Source: an uncultured Eubacteriales bacterium (lineage in GTDB: Bacteria; Bacillota; Clostridia; Oscillospirales; UBA644). Taken from it: DNA of 64,000 bases. The stretch covers positions 26,582-90,581 of the forward strand of contig CAKSFN010000011.1 of the NCBI GenBank assembly GCA_934454405.1, written 5' to 3'. Position 1 is the first letter of the stretch. The number at the start of each line of letters is the position of its first letter. The translations under genes were made by a program, and so were the position numbers. Under the pieces are notes generated by a model. That model was not told the origin of the DNA, ran no database searches, and saw nothing but the letters and a program-made list of their open reading frames with translations. This document shows positions 55,619 to 63,283 of this stretch, in pieces.

Positions 55619-56863
55619 TTATTTAATTATTTTGCTCAGGTTTCCGACGAGAAGCCCCGTCGAGGGCATCAGGATATGGTTTGCAAAGAGTATGTCGTCC
55701 GCGCCGACCTTTTCGGCGAACGAGACCAGATTGCCGCTCCAATAGCGATAGTCTATTTCGTAGATCTTCGAATAATGATCCACAAGATAGGGGAGAAGCG
55801 CGTTGCCGAAGGATTCTTTGACGACTATCAGAACGGAGCCGTCCGTCACGTCGGGGTTTGTAAACTCCGTTATCGGGTTGTCGCTTCCCGCAAAGGTGTT
55901 GTATTTTGCTCCGCTCGACCAGCCCGAAACATCCTTGATAATGGGCCATTCGTATGTTGAGCCGTCTGTTTTCGTGAACTTCATCACGGCGTTTTTCGAA
56001 ACGGGAAGGAACGCTTCGACCGTGTCTGCCGGCAGCAGGTTTTCATCCCTGCCGTTGTTTTGATACATCGTTCCGAGAAATCCGTCAAACTCTTTTTTCT
56101 CCCGTTTTTCAAGCGGGTACGGCTCTATCCCTTTTGTTCGGCAAAACGCCTCGTAAGCGTAATACGCGCCCCTGCCGTTCCAGTGGTGGTCGGTTCGGAA
56201 GTACAGGTATTCGTCGCGGTGTGTCATCAGGTTGTCGCAGCAGTAAACGGGAGCGACCTCTTTTGACAGCTTTGCAAATATTTTCGATATGATCTCTTCC
56301 TGATCCGCATAGTTTGCTATCTGCCGCCTTATGTCGTCAGGGAGCGTTATCCCGTAAGCGGTCGGAATAACGAGGTCGTAAACCTTTGTTTTTCCTTTGA
56401 GGCTGTCTGCGACTTCGGAAACCAGCGCGGCGTATTTGGACGTCAGTCCGTCGTTTTCCTTTCCGCAAACGCCGAAGGCGGCGTTGTCAACTCTTATCGC
56501 GCCCGAAGAATATGTGCTGAACGTGCCGTTTTTGCTTTTTAACTCGGGGTATTCGCTCGTCGTCCCTGCGGTCGTCGGCTCTTCCGTCGTTGCCTCTTCC
56601 GTGGTCTGTTCGACGCTCGGCGTTGTTGTCTGCGGCTGTTCGACGGGTTTGTCCGCGCTTGGAAAAACATATCTGAAAACGATGAAAACAGCCGCCGCCG
56701 TCAGAAGAGTAACAAATACTGTTCCGATGATCAGCTTTATTCTCTCGGCTCTTTTTTTCTTTCGCGCTTTTTCCTCGCGCGCCTGCCTCCGCTGCCGTTC
56801 CCTGACCTGCTGTCGGCGTTCCTTTTCTTCCGGAGTCAGAAGATCTTTTTCTCTTTCATTCAT
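55619..56863 (-). CDS. DHHW-family protein (AlgX/AlgJ-like SGNH extracytoplasmic acyltransferase fold)
   Basis: 414 aa. It has a charged N-tail, one TM segment and a Thr/Glu-rich linker, then YFRTDHHWNGRGAYYAY (the DHHW motif). Confidence 0.8.
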   Translation of the reverse strand: MNEREKDLLTPEEKERRQQVRERQRRQAREEKARKKKRAERIKLIIGTVFVTLLTAAAVFIVFRYVFPSADKPVEQPQTTTPSVEQTTEEATTEEPTTAGTTSEYPELKSKNGTFSTYSSGAIRVDNAAFGVCGKENDGLTSKYAALVSEVADSLKGKTKVYDLVIPTAYGITLPDDIRRQIANYADQEEIISKIFAKLSKEVAPVYCCDNLMTHRDEYLYFRTDHHWNGRGAYYAYEAFCRTKGIEPYPLEKREKKEFDGFLGTMYQNNGRDENLLPADTVEAFLPVSKNAVMKFTKTDGSTYEWPIIKDVSGWSSGAKYNTFAGSDNPITEFTNPDVTDGSVLIVVKESFGNALLPYLVDHYSKIYEIDYRYWSGNLVSFAEKVGADDILFANHILMPSTGLLVGNLSKIIK

Positions 56864-56873
56864 TTCGCGTCGC

Positions 56874-57350
56874 CTATTTCAAAATCGCCTTTACGGTTTC
56901 GACGTCGTCCGTGACGCAGACAAACACGTAAAGCCCTTTTGTGTAAACAACGGCGTTTTCAACGCGCGGCACTTCCTGCGGGTTGTAATCCTTCAGTTGC
57001 GCCGTAAGTTCGGAAAGGTGCGTCTTTGCCGCGGCTTCAAGCGCCTGTACGTCCTCCTCCTTCGCCGCTTTCAGCATTATCAGTTCGTCGGGGTGGCTTC
57101 CGCTTTTGCAGGCATACATTTTTACTTCGGCGTTTTGCGGCAGCTCCGCAAAAGTGAACTCCGCGGAAGTGCCCGTGTCTGCAAGCGTTTCGGCGTATTT
57201 CACTTCCGCAAGAAGGCGCGCAAACGTGTTTTCGGCGTCAAAGGCAGCCGTCGAAGGCTCTGTTTTGTCTCCTCCGCACGCCGCAAGCGTCAGCATAACC
57301 GCCGCAAGCACGGCGACGGAGCAAAAAACATTCAAAAAACTTCTTTTCAT
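56874..57350 (-). CDS. DUF4358-like lipoprotein
   Basis: 158 aa from ATG 57350. Lipobox signal MKRSFLNVFCSVAVLAAVMLTLAACG. It lies directly upstream of the DHHW gene. Confidence 0.6.
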   Translation of the reverse strand: MKRSFLNVFCSVAVLAAVMLTLAACGGDKTEPSTAAFDAENTFARLLAEVKYAETLADTGTSAEFTFAELPQNAEVKMYACKSGSHPDELIMLKAAKEEDVQALEAAAKTHLSELTAQLKDYNPQEVPRVENAVVYTKGLYVFVCVTDDVETVKAILK

Positions 57351-57398
57351 TTTTCCATCCCTCTTTTTGATATTGCATATTTGTATCCTTATAAAGAT

Positions 57399-57427
57399 AT
57401 AATACCGCAAAAGTCCCGCGCTGTCAA
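57399..57427 (-). promoter_or_regulatory. sigma-A promoter for DUF4358-DHHW (TTGACA-17-TATTAT)
   Basis: On the minus strand, TTGACA (57427-57422), a 17-nt spacer and TATTAT (57404-57399). Confidence 0.6.
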
Positions 57428-57591
57428 TAGAAAATAAGTAAAAAATGACATTTTGCGCGGTTTGATATACGGCAGTCGCGGTTCACGAGGGGATTTTTTA
57501 TGCGTGACGTCTGAAAAGTAAACCGTGACACGCAAAATAATGAACTTTACAATATAATTATTGGAATTTTTTGCAGAATTCGAAAATAATA

Positions 57592-57620
57592 TTGAAAAAA
57601 TTGCGGATGTGTGATATGAT
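57592..57620 (+). promoter_or_regulatory. sigma-A promoter for the ECF sigma operon (TTGAAA-17-TATGAT)
   Basis: TTGAAA at 57592-57597, a 17-nt spacer and TATGAT at 57615-57620. Confidence 0.55.
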
Positions 57621-57661
57621 ACAGGGTAAAAAGAGAAAGAGAACCCGGGGGAGAAATAAAA

Positions 57662-58216
57662 ATGCTTGCAATGTTTTTGGAAACGCTTGCGACGGAAGAG
57701 GAAAGAGCGAGTTTTACAAAAATATACGAACTCTATTGCTCAACGATGTATCATTACGCGCTGGGTATTCTGAAAAGCAAAGAGGATGCGGAAGACGCTC
57801 TTCACGACGCTTTTTGCCGTATGATCAAAGTACTTCCCGCGCCGGAGGACGCCGAAAGCGACGAGGTGAGAAGTTATCTTTACATGACCGTCCGCAGCGT
57901 CTGCTTTGACGCTTTGCGCCGCCGCAGAACGGTAAAGCAAAAGGTCGTTGAAAATTTTGACGATATTGAATCCGTTTCTTCCTGCGATGAAGGTGTGGAT
58001 GAAAAGGTACTCAACAGAGTGATGTATGAAAGAATCGTGGAAAAACTCAGAGAAATGCCTGTCGAAGTTACCGACCCGTTTGTTTTGCACTATATGAACG
58101 GGCAGTCTTTTGCTCAGATTGCCGAGCTTCTCGGCATTTCAGAGGCGGTGGCGAGAAAGCGTTCTTCGAGGGTGAAACGCTTTTTGGCGGAGGAACTCGC
58201 AAAGAACAAAAAATAA
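57662..58216 (+). CDS. ECF-type RNA polymerase sigma-70 family factor
   Basis: 184 aa. Region 2 is DAEDALHDAFCRMIK. The region 4 HTH is QSFAQIAELLGISEAVARKRSSRVKRFL. Confidence 0.85.
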   Translation: MLAMFLETLATEEERASFTKIYELYCSTMYHYALGILKSKEDAEDALHDAFCRMIKVLPAPEDAESDEVRSYLYMTVRSVCFDALRRRRTVKQKVVENFDDIESVSSCDEGVDEKVLNRVMYERIVEKLREMPVEVTDPFVLHYMNGQSFAQIAELLGISEAVARKRSSRVKRFLAEELAKNKK

Positions 58217-58257
58217 ATCCGTTTTGAGAGAAAATTTTCGAAAAGGAACATCGAGCA

Positions 58258-59388
58258 ATGGGAAAAAGGACTTTTTACAGAGATATCGCCCGCGCGATCG
58301 TGGGTAATTCGTTCGACGTGATTCGCCCGTCGGACAGCGTTCCCGATTTTTCGGAACGGCATAAAGAGCGAATGAAAAAACTGTTTGAGAAAAAGCGTGT
58401 TTTCACGGTCTTTTACATAATTCCGAAACGTGTTTTGATAGCGATTCTCATAGCGTTGACCGTGCTTGCGGTGCCGCTTTCCGTCAAGGCTATCCGCGAA
58501 CCGCTTTTCCGCTTCTTCTCGCAGACGTTCGGCGGCAAAAGAACGGAGATATTCACTTCGGAAGAAGACAGACAACGCGCGCTTGACTCAAAAATCGAGG
58601 AATATTTCGGCGTATATTATATTCCCGACGGGTTTGAGCTTGTTGACGAAAAAAAGACCGAAACGCAGTATCTGCTCGAATATTCGAACGGAAAAGAAAC
58701 ATTTTCAATGGAACAGAAACGTGTATCCTCAGAAAAACCTTATATCCCCGAGGGCGCGGAAGATGTTGACTTTGAATATGCGGAAACGCCGTGGGAGATA
58801 ACTTATTATCGGTACGACGGCAATAACGTTTTTGTTTGGATATACGGTTACAACGAGTTTCGTCTGCGCGCTGACGAGTCTTTCTCTCTTGATGAATTGA
58901 AAAAAATTGCGGATAATGTTCTTGACGAACTCGGATATGAGGAAAAGAAGATCGTTGAGGCGGGTTTAACAGGCGAACTTGATGAAAAGGAACGAACAAC
59001 GGGTATTTGGGACGTTGAACTTCCTCCCGAAACATTGCCGGAAGAATTCGGATTCAGATTGCCTGACGGTATAAGGGTTTCCGGCTGGTATAATTCGACA
59101 TTGTTTTGGGAAGAATATTTTGACATTGATGTCAGGTGTGAAAATGAGAATAAAGAAAGAGCATTAGATATTGATATACGTGACCTTGAACTTCATGGAA
59201 ATCCCGTATTCAGCGACATAGAAGAAAAAGTTAAAATCAATGATAAGATAACCGTAAGTTATTTCAAGAATATTTCATGCTGGCATTGGGTTGATGATAA
59301 GTATGTATATCAAGTTCATCTTTTTGATAAAACCATACCCCACGAAGAAATATTCAAAATGATAAGAGAATATTATGGGATAAAGTGA
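58258..59388 (+). CDS. membrane-anchored anti-sigma-like protein with two DUF4367-like modules
   Basis: 376 aa. It has a single TM segment (VLIAILIALTVLAVPLSV). The extracytoplasmic part carries a DUF4367-like module (YIPDGFELVDEKK...LDELKKIADNV) and a second, AT-rich-encoded module (WHWVDDKYVYQVHLFDKTIPHEEIFKMIREY). Confidence 0.65.
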   Translation: MGKRTFYRDIARAIVGNSFDVIRPSDSVPDFSERHKERMKKLFEKKRVFTVFYIIPKRVLIAILIALTVLAVPLSVKAIREPLFRFFSQTFGGKRTEIFTSEEDRQRALDSKIEEYFGVYYIPDGFELVDEKKTETQYLLEYSNGKETFSMEQKRVSSEKPYIPEGAEDVDFEYAETPWEITYYRYDGNNVFVWIYGYNEFRLRADESFSLDELKKIADNVLDELGYEEKKIVEAGLTGELDEKERTTGIWDVELPPETLPEEFGFRLPDGIRVSGWYNSTLFWEEYFDIDVRCENENKERALDIDIRDLELHGNPVFSDIEEKVKINDKITVSYFKNISCWHWVDDKYVYQVHLFDKTIPHEEIFKMIREYYGIK

Positions 59389-59408
59389 GATTCTTCTCTT
59401 CTTTTCAA

Positions 59409-59448
59409 GAAATAGCAGTGGCTGTATTTTTACAGCCACTGCTATTTC
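59409..59448. terminator. perfect 18-bp hairpin between convergent genes
   Basis: GAAATAGCAGTGGCTGTA-tttt-TACAGCCACTGCTATTTC. It begins right after the stop of the minus-strand gene at 59450. The U-tracts are weak on both strands. Confidence 0.6.
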
Positions 59449-59449
59449 T

Positions 59450-59878
59450 TTATCCTCCGATAGGTTCCAATCTGCCCGTCACTCCCGCAACGATGGCGCG
59501 GAAACCGTCAAGAAACCGGTCGCATTCATAGCGCGACATCATCAGAACGTCCCTTGCGCCGAGGCAGCTGTGCGTTTTTTTCCAAAAGACCATTTTCAAA
59601 AGACGGCGATAGGCTATGTTGTTATCCTGCCCGTCCGTCCATTGAAGCGCCCTGTCAACCGCCGCGCATTCAAGCTTTATGCGTTCGCGACGGCTTTTTC
59701 TGCAAAGTCCCAAAAAAGCGTCGGGCTCGTTTCCTTCTGCTTCGGGATGTTCGAGCTCCTCCTTATTTTTCGGGTAATCTTCAATCATTCTCGTTATAAC
59801 ATATCTGTCAATGTTCCTGTGTTTAGGGATGCGCAATTTTTTTACCTCCTGAAAGTCTGCGGCGCGCCACTCCCCCAC
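59450..59878 (-). CDS. ArpU/RinA-like phage late-gene transcriptional regulator (tentative)
   Basis: 142 aa. GTG start at 59878, preceded by GGAG with 5-nt spacing inside the terL 3' end. The size, the central acidic region and the C-terminal sigma-region-4-like segment (YRRLLKMVFWKKTHSCLGARDVLMMSRYECDRFLDGF) resemble ArpU-family proteins. Confidence 0.45.
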   Translation of the reverse strand: MGEWRAADFQEVKKLRIPKHRNIDRYVITRMIEDYPKNKEELEHPEAEGNEPDAFLGLCRKSRRERIKLECAAVDRALQWTDGQDNNIAYRRLLKMVFWKKTHSCLGARDVLMMSRYECDRFLDGFRAIVAGVTGRLEPIGG

Positions 59879-61344
59879 AAGCGCTCCATCTCTCTTTTTT
59901 CGACGTCATTTCCGTTTTCGTAATCTTCAAGCATATCCTGCGTCCAATGCGACATTTTTGACAGGTCAAACGATATCTCCGTAACCGTCTGCGCTCGGAC
60001 GTAGTACGCAATGGCAAGCGCGATAACACAGTCGTCGTGCGCGCCCTGCCGCGCTTCCGGACGCCCTTTTCTGTTTCGGACGAAAGTCAGCATTTCTTCA
60101 AGCGTCGTTTTGTCCGAAATAAGACCGAGCCCGTCGCGGACGATTTCTATAAGCCCCGCGATTATGACGGGACGCGTGACGGCTGTCGTTTTGAAGCCGT
60201 AGCTGCGCGTCGGCCGGTGCGTGAATTCGTCCTCCGCGATGCGAATGAACTGATTTGCGTAGCCGAGCCGCTCGAGCTCCTTTGTCGGATATGTGGAAAA
60301 GTTTGTTTCAATCGCGATGATCGCGTTGTTGTACGCTTTTCCGAGACACCAGACCTGCCGCGCGAAAACGTCCTCGTCAAATCCGCGACGCAGAACGGCG
60401 ACCTGTCTGCCTTCCGAGGCGGAAACGACCTGCGCAACGAAACTGTCCGACCCGTCGCCCGCGGTGTCCGCGCCGATAACGTAACGTTCGCCCGTCCTCG
60501 GCTTTTCGTAAACGGCGATGAACCCTTTTTCATCCTCTACGAATCGCGGGTCTGATATTTCCGCCCCGTTATATATAAATGTAAAATAACCTCTTTTCTC
60601 CGGCGGAGCGAGCAGCGCCAGACGCGCGTTGACTCTTTCCGCATTAAAAACGCTTTCTCCGAAAACGCCCCATTGTCCTAAGCAGTAAACCGCATAATAG
60701 TAGGGGTCGCTGTCCTTATAGCTTTCAAGCAGCGTTTTGTAGTCGTTGTCCAAAAACTCGTTGTCGAGATATGTTCCGTGAACGACGGCGATATTCGGAT
60801 CGAACGGATCCACAAACCTCTTTTTCAGCCAATGGTTGATGTCTGTGGGGTTAAAGGTGACAACAATCTGCTTTTTCGGACCTTTTCCGCGTAAACGTAT
60901 GTCCAGCTGATTGAAATCCGCCTGCGATATCTCGGAGGCCTCCTCGACCCAGATATCCGTCAGAATACCGTTTTCAAACGTGATGCTTTTCAGCTTTTCC
61001 GAGTCGTCGAGTCCTTTGAATATCACGGAGTTCCCGTTCGCGGCGCGGATGCGCATATCGCTCTCGTTTACCCTGAAAAGCTCGTATAAACCCCAAGACG
61101 AAATCGTTTGCTTGAACGCCGCGAAAGTCGAATCGCGGTTTGTGTTTGAGACCGCGCGGACGACAAGCAGGTTTCGCCCCTTTTCGGAGAGAAGCCGGAG
61201 AAGAAAGCGCTGAACGGTAAAAACCGATTTTCCGCTTCCCGCTCCGCCGTATAAAACCAGATACCTCGCGTCGCAGTCAAGCAACGGCAGGTATTTTTTG
61301 TTAAAGAGCCCACGGCTCAGTGATAATTTGATTTTTTTGTTCAT
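59842..61344 (-). CDS. phage terminase large subunit (PBSX/XtmB-type), orphan
   Basis: 500 aa. Walker A LYGGAGSGKS and Walker B/catalytic Glu DIWVEEASE. The nuclease acidic motifs IGADTAGDGSD and GAHDDCVIALA are all intact. RBS AAGGAG. Confidence 0.85.
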   Translation of the reverse strand: MNKKIKLSLSRGLFNKKYLPLLDCDARYLVLYGGAGSGKSVFTVQRFLLRLLSEKGRNLLVVRAVSNTNRDSTFAAFKQTISSWGLYELFRVNESDMRIRAANGNSVIFKGLDDSEKLKSITFENGILTDIWVEEASEISQADFNQLDIRLRGKGPKKQIVVTFNPTDINHWLKKRFVDPFDPNIAVVHGTYLDNEFLDNDYKTLLESYKDSDPYYYAVYCLGQWGVFGESVFNAERVNARLALLAPPEKRGYFTFIYNGAEISDPRFVEDEKGFIAVYEKPRTGERYVIGADTAGDGSDSFVAQVVSASEGRQVAVLRRGFDEDVFARQVWCLGKAYNNAIIAIETNFSTYPTKELERLGYANQFIRIAEDEFTHRPTRSYGFKTTAVTRPVIIAGLIEIVRDGLGLISDKTTLEEMLTFVRNRKGRPEARQGAHDDCVIALAIAYYVRAQTVTEISFDLSKMSHWTQDMLEDYENGNDVEKREMERLWGSGAPQTFRR

Positions 61345-61374
61345 TACTCACTCCTTGTGATTTTATTTGTGAAT

Positions 61375-61403
61375 ATTATATCACTATATGTAAGATTTGT
61401 CAA
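61375..61403 (-). promoter_or_regulatory. consensus sigma-A promoter directly upstream of terL (TTGACA-17-TATAAT)
   Basis: On the minus strand, TTGACA (61403-61398), a 17-nt spacer and TATAAT (61380-61375), about 30 nt upstream of the ATG. Confidence 0.7.
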
Positions 61404-61568
61404 TACCCGATTCGAAAAAAATATAAGATATGTTTTTTTGTATTATTCGCGTGCGCGGAACATATAGATTAACGGGGAGAGAGGACGGAACTTTTTTGAA
61501 AAAGTCCGGGATCTTCCGCAACTGCCTCGCAAAAAATAAATTTATATACCACAAGGAGAAAAACCCGT

Positions 61569-63056
61569 ATGAAAAAATTCACCTGCAACGAACTGATACA
61601 AGCTCTTTCGGGAGAAGCCTCCGCCGAGGGAGAAATTCTGCTGCCCGATTACTGTCCGCCCGTGATGAAGGTCATCGGTGTGTCCGCAACGCCGTTTCTG
61701 CGTTCGCAGACCGTGAGAGGGGACAGACTTTATGCGGACGGAAGCGTTGAATTTCGAATAGTTTATATTTCCGACGCAGCGCCCGGTCTGCAAACAGTGA
61801 GCCACAGGCTTCCTTTTTCGTATTCCGCGCAGGTCGGCGCGTCGGACGAATCCGTTTTCGCAACCGTTTCGGTAAGCGTCGAGTATCGTTCGGCGCGCGC
61901 CCTCAGCCCTCAAAAGCTTTATGCGAAGGCGGCTGTCGCGCTTTCCGCAAGCATATACGCGCCCGTTGAAGCCGAACTGCCGGACGACGATGCGAAAAAC
62001 CGCGCCGAGCTGCTGAAAACATCGGTTTTTGTTACCGACGTTGTTGCCTCTTCGACGCGAACGCTGCGCCTGACGGAGGATATTGACGCGGGGGATGCGA
62101 AAATCGAAAAAATGCTTCGCTTCGACGTCGAGTTTCCGGAGACAGAGCAAAAGCCCGTAAATAAAAAGCTTATCGTAAAAGCGGATATGCTGCTTTGCCT
62201 GACCTATGCGGACGAGGACGGAAAGGTCGGAACTTTTGAAACGAAAATTCCCGTTTCGCAGCTGCTCGACATTCCCGGATTTGATGAAAAAACAGAGTGT
62301 TCAACGCGTTTCGACCTTTCCGACATAACTGTTTCGACGCGCCGAACGGAAAAGGAAAACATACTTTCGCTTGACGCGGAGGTGACGATAACCGCCGAAT
62401 GTTTCCGCAGCGAAAAAATAGAGCTGATAAAGGACGCGTTTTCGCTGACCGAAAACGCGGAGTGTGTCACTAAGCCCGTCAGCCTTCAATCCGTTCGCAA
62501 GGTGAACGACGCCGTTGAGTTCCGAAACGACGTGGAGCTGACCGATTTCGGCGAGCTCGTGGACGCGGCGGTTCGCCCGAGCGTTATGAGCGTTTCCTTC
62601 GACGCGGAGCGCGGCGGCGCGGCAAGCGAAGGCGTTTTCGGGTGCGACATCATATATCGAAATACGGAAGGAGAGCTTTGCTCCGTTGAAAAGGCCGCGC
62701 CTTTTTCGATATTTACGCCGCTTGAAACAACGCCGACTTCAATGAAAAGCAACTGTCGGCTTGTGATAACGTCCATCTCCAAAACACCGACGGCGACGGG
62801 GATTGAGCTGCGCATTTCCGCACTCCACGTCGGCTCGATAGTGGCTGTTTCCACGCAGACCGCCGTGGCGGACATAACTTTTACGCCGTGCGAAAAGAAA
62901 AAGAACCGTGAGTTTGTTTCCTATATGGCGGAGGAGGGCGACAGCCTGTGGGAGATCGCGAAAAAATTTCGCGTCCCGCCTGAAAAATTAGCCGAGCTTA
63001 ACGGTATCGACGGCGACGCCGTTCCCCGAAAACAGATGATATTCATCGCGCCGTGA
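61569..63056 (+). CDS. SipL-like spore morphogenesis protein (SPOCS/DUF3794 repeats + C-terminal LysM)
   Basis: 495 aa. SPOCS-type N-terminus (GEILLPDYCPPVMKVIGVSATPFLRSQTVRGDRLYADGSVEFRIVY). C-terminal LysM: YMAEEGDSLWEIAKKFRVPPEKLAELNGIDGDAVPRKQMIFIAP. Confidence 0.65.
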   Translation: MKKFTCNELIQALSGEASAEGEILLPDYCPPVMKVIGVSATPFLRSQTVRGDRLYADGSVEFRIVYISDAAPGLQTVSHRLPFSYSAQVGASDESVFATVSVSVEYRSARALSPQKLYAKAAVALSASIYAPVEAELPDDDAKNRAELLKTSVFVTDVVASSTRTLRLTEDIDAGDAKIEKMLRFDVEFPETEQKPVNKKLIVKADMLLCLTYADEDGKVGTFETKIPVSQLLDIPGFDEKTECSTRFDLSDITVSTRRTEKENILSLDAEVTITAECFRSEKIELIKDAFSLTENAECVTKPVSLQSVRKVNDAVEFRNDVELTDFGELVDAAVRPSVMSVSFDAERGGAASEGVFGCDIIYRNTEGELCSVEKAAPFSIFTPLETTPTSMKSNCRLVITSISKTPTATGIELRISALHVGSIVAVSTQTAVADITFTPCEKKKNREFVSYMAEEGDSLWEIAKKFRVPPEKLAELNGIDGDAVPRKQMIFIAP

Positions 63057-63144
63057 AAAGCTTTTATTGATATACTCTGCCTGCGTTTGACCGTTTTTTT
63101 GACGGCGCGGGGGATTCAGGGGAATTTTACTTGATTGAAGAAAG

Positions 63145-63179
63145 TAAGGGTATACTATGCGTATGCCCTTATTTTTTTT
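63145..63179 (+). terminator. intrinsic terminator after the sipL-like gene
   Basis: TAAGGGTATAC-5 nt-GTATGCCCTTA (one G-U pair) followed by T8. Confidence 0.8.
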
Positions 63180-63231
63180 GTCCGAATCAATTAATTTAAT
63201 ATATTTTTTAAGGGAATTTGCGCTTAATTGC

Positions 63232-63260
63232 TTGACAATACCCTTAAAATGTGGTATGAT
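63232..63260 (+). promoter_or_regulatory. sigma-A promoter of the fic gene (TTGACA-17-TATGAT, TGn)
   Basis: TTGACA at 63232-63237, a 17-nt spacer ending in TGG, and TATGAT at 63255-63260. Confidence 0.7.
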
Positions 63261-63283
63261 TTAAGGGAATCGAGGTGAAGTTT

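Larger units (their letters stand above)
59450..61403 (-). mobile_element. two-gene prophage remnant or domesticated module (terL + arpU-like)
   Basis: These are the only phage-like genes in the window. No terS, portal, capsid, integrase or att-like repeats are seen. The base composition looks host-like. Confidence 0.4.

Noticed and set aside
56397-57437. 346-aa plus-strand ORF.
   Set aside because: It is antisense to the DHHW and DUF4358 genes and crosses their intergenic RBS. It is spurious.
59450-61344. An intact prophage or phage-inducible island.
   Set aside because: Only two phage-like genes are present. No integrase, att repeats, terS, portal or structural genes are visible, and the composition is host-like. 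I report it as a remnant or domesticated module instead.
61440-61468. Sigma-E/K-type promoter upstream of the sipL-like gene, considered as an annotated feature.
   Set aside because: Only a partial match to CATA-type -10 boxes is present, and no clear -35 element. It is mentioned as a hypothesis in the findings but is too weak to list as a feature.
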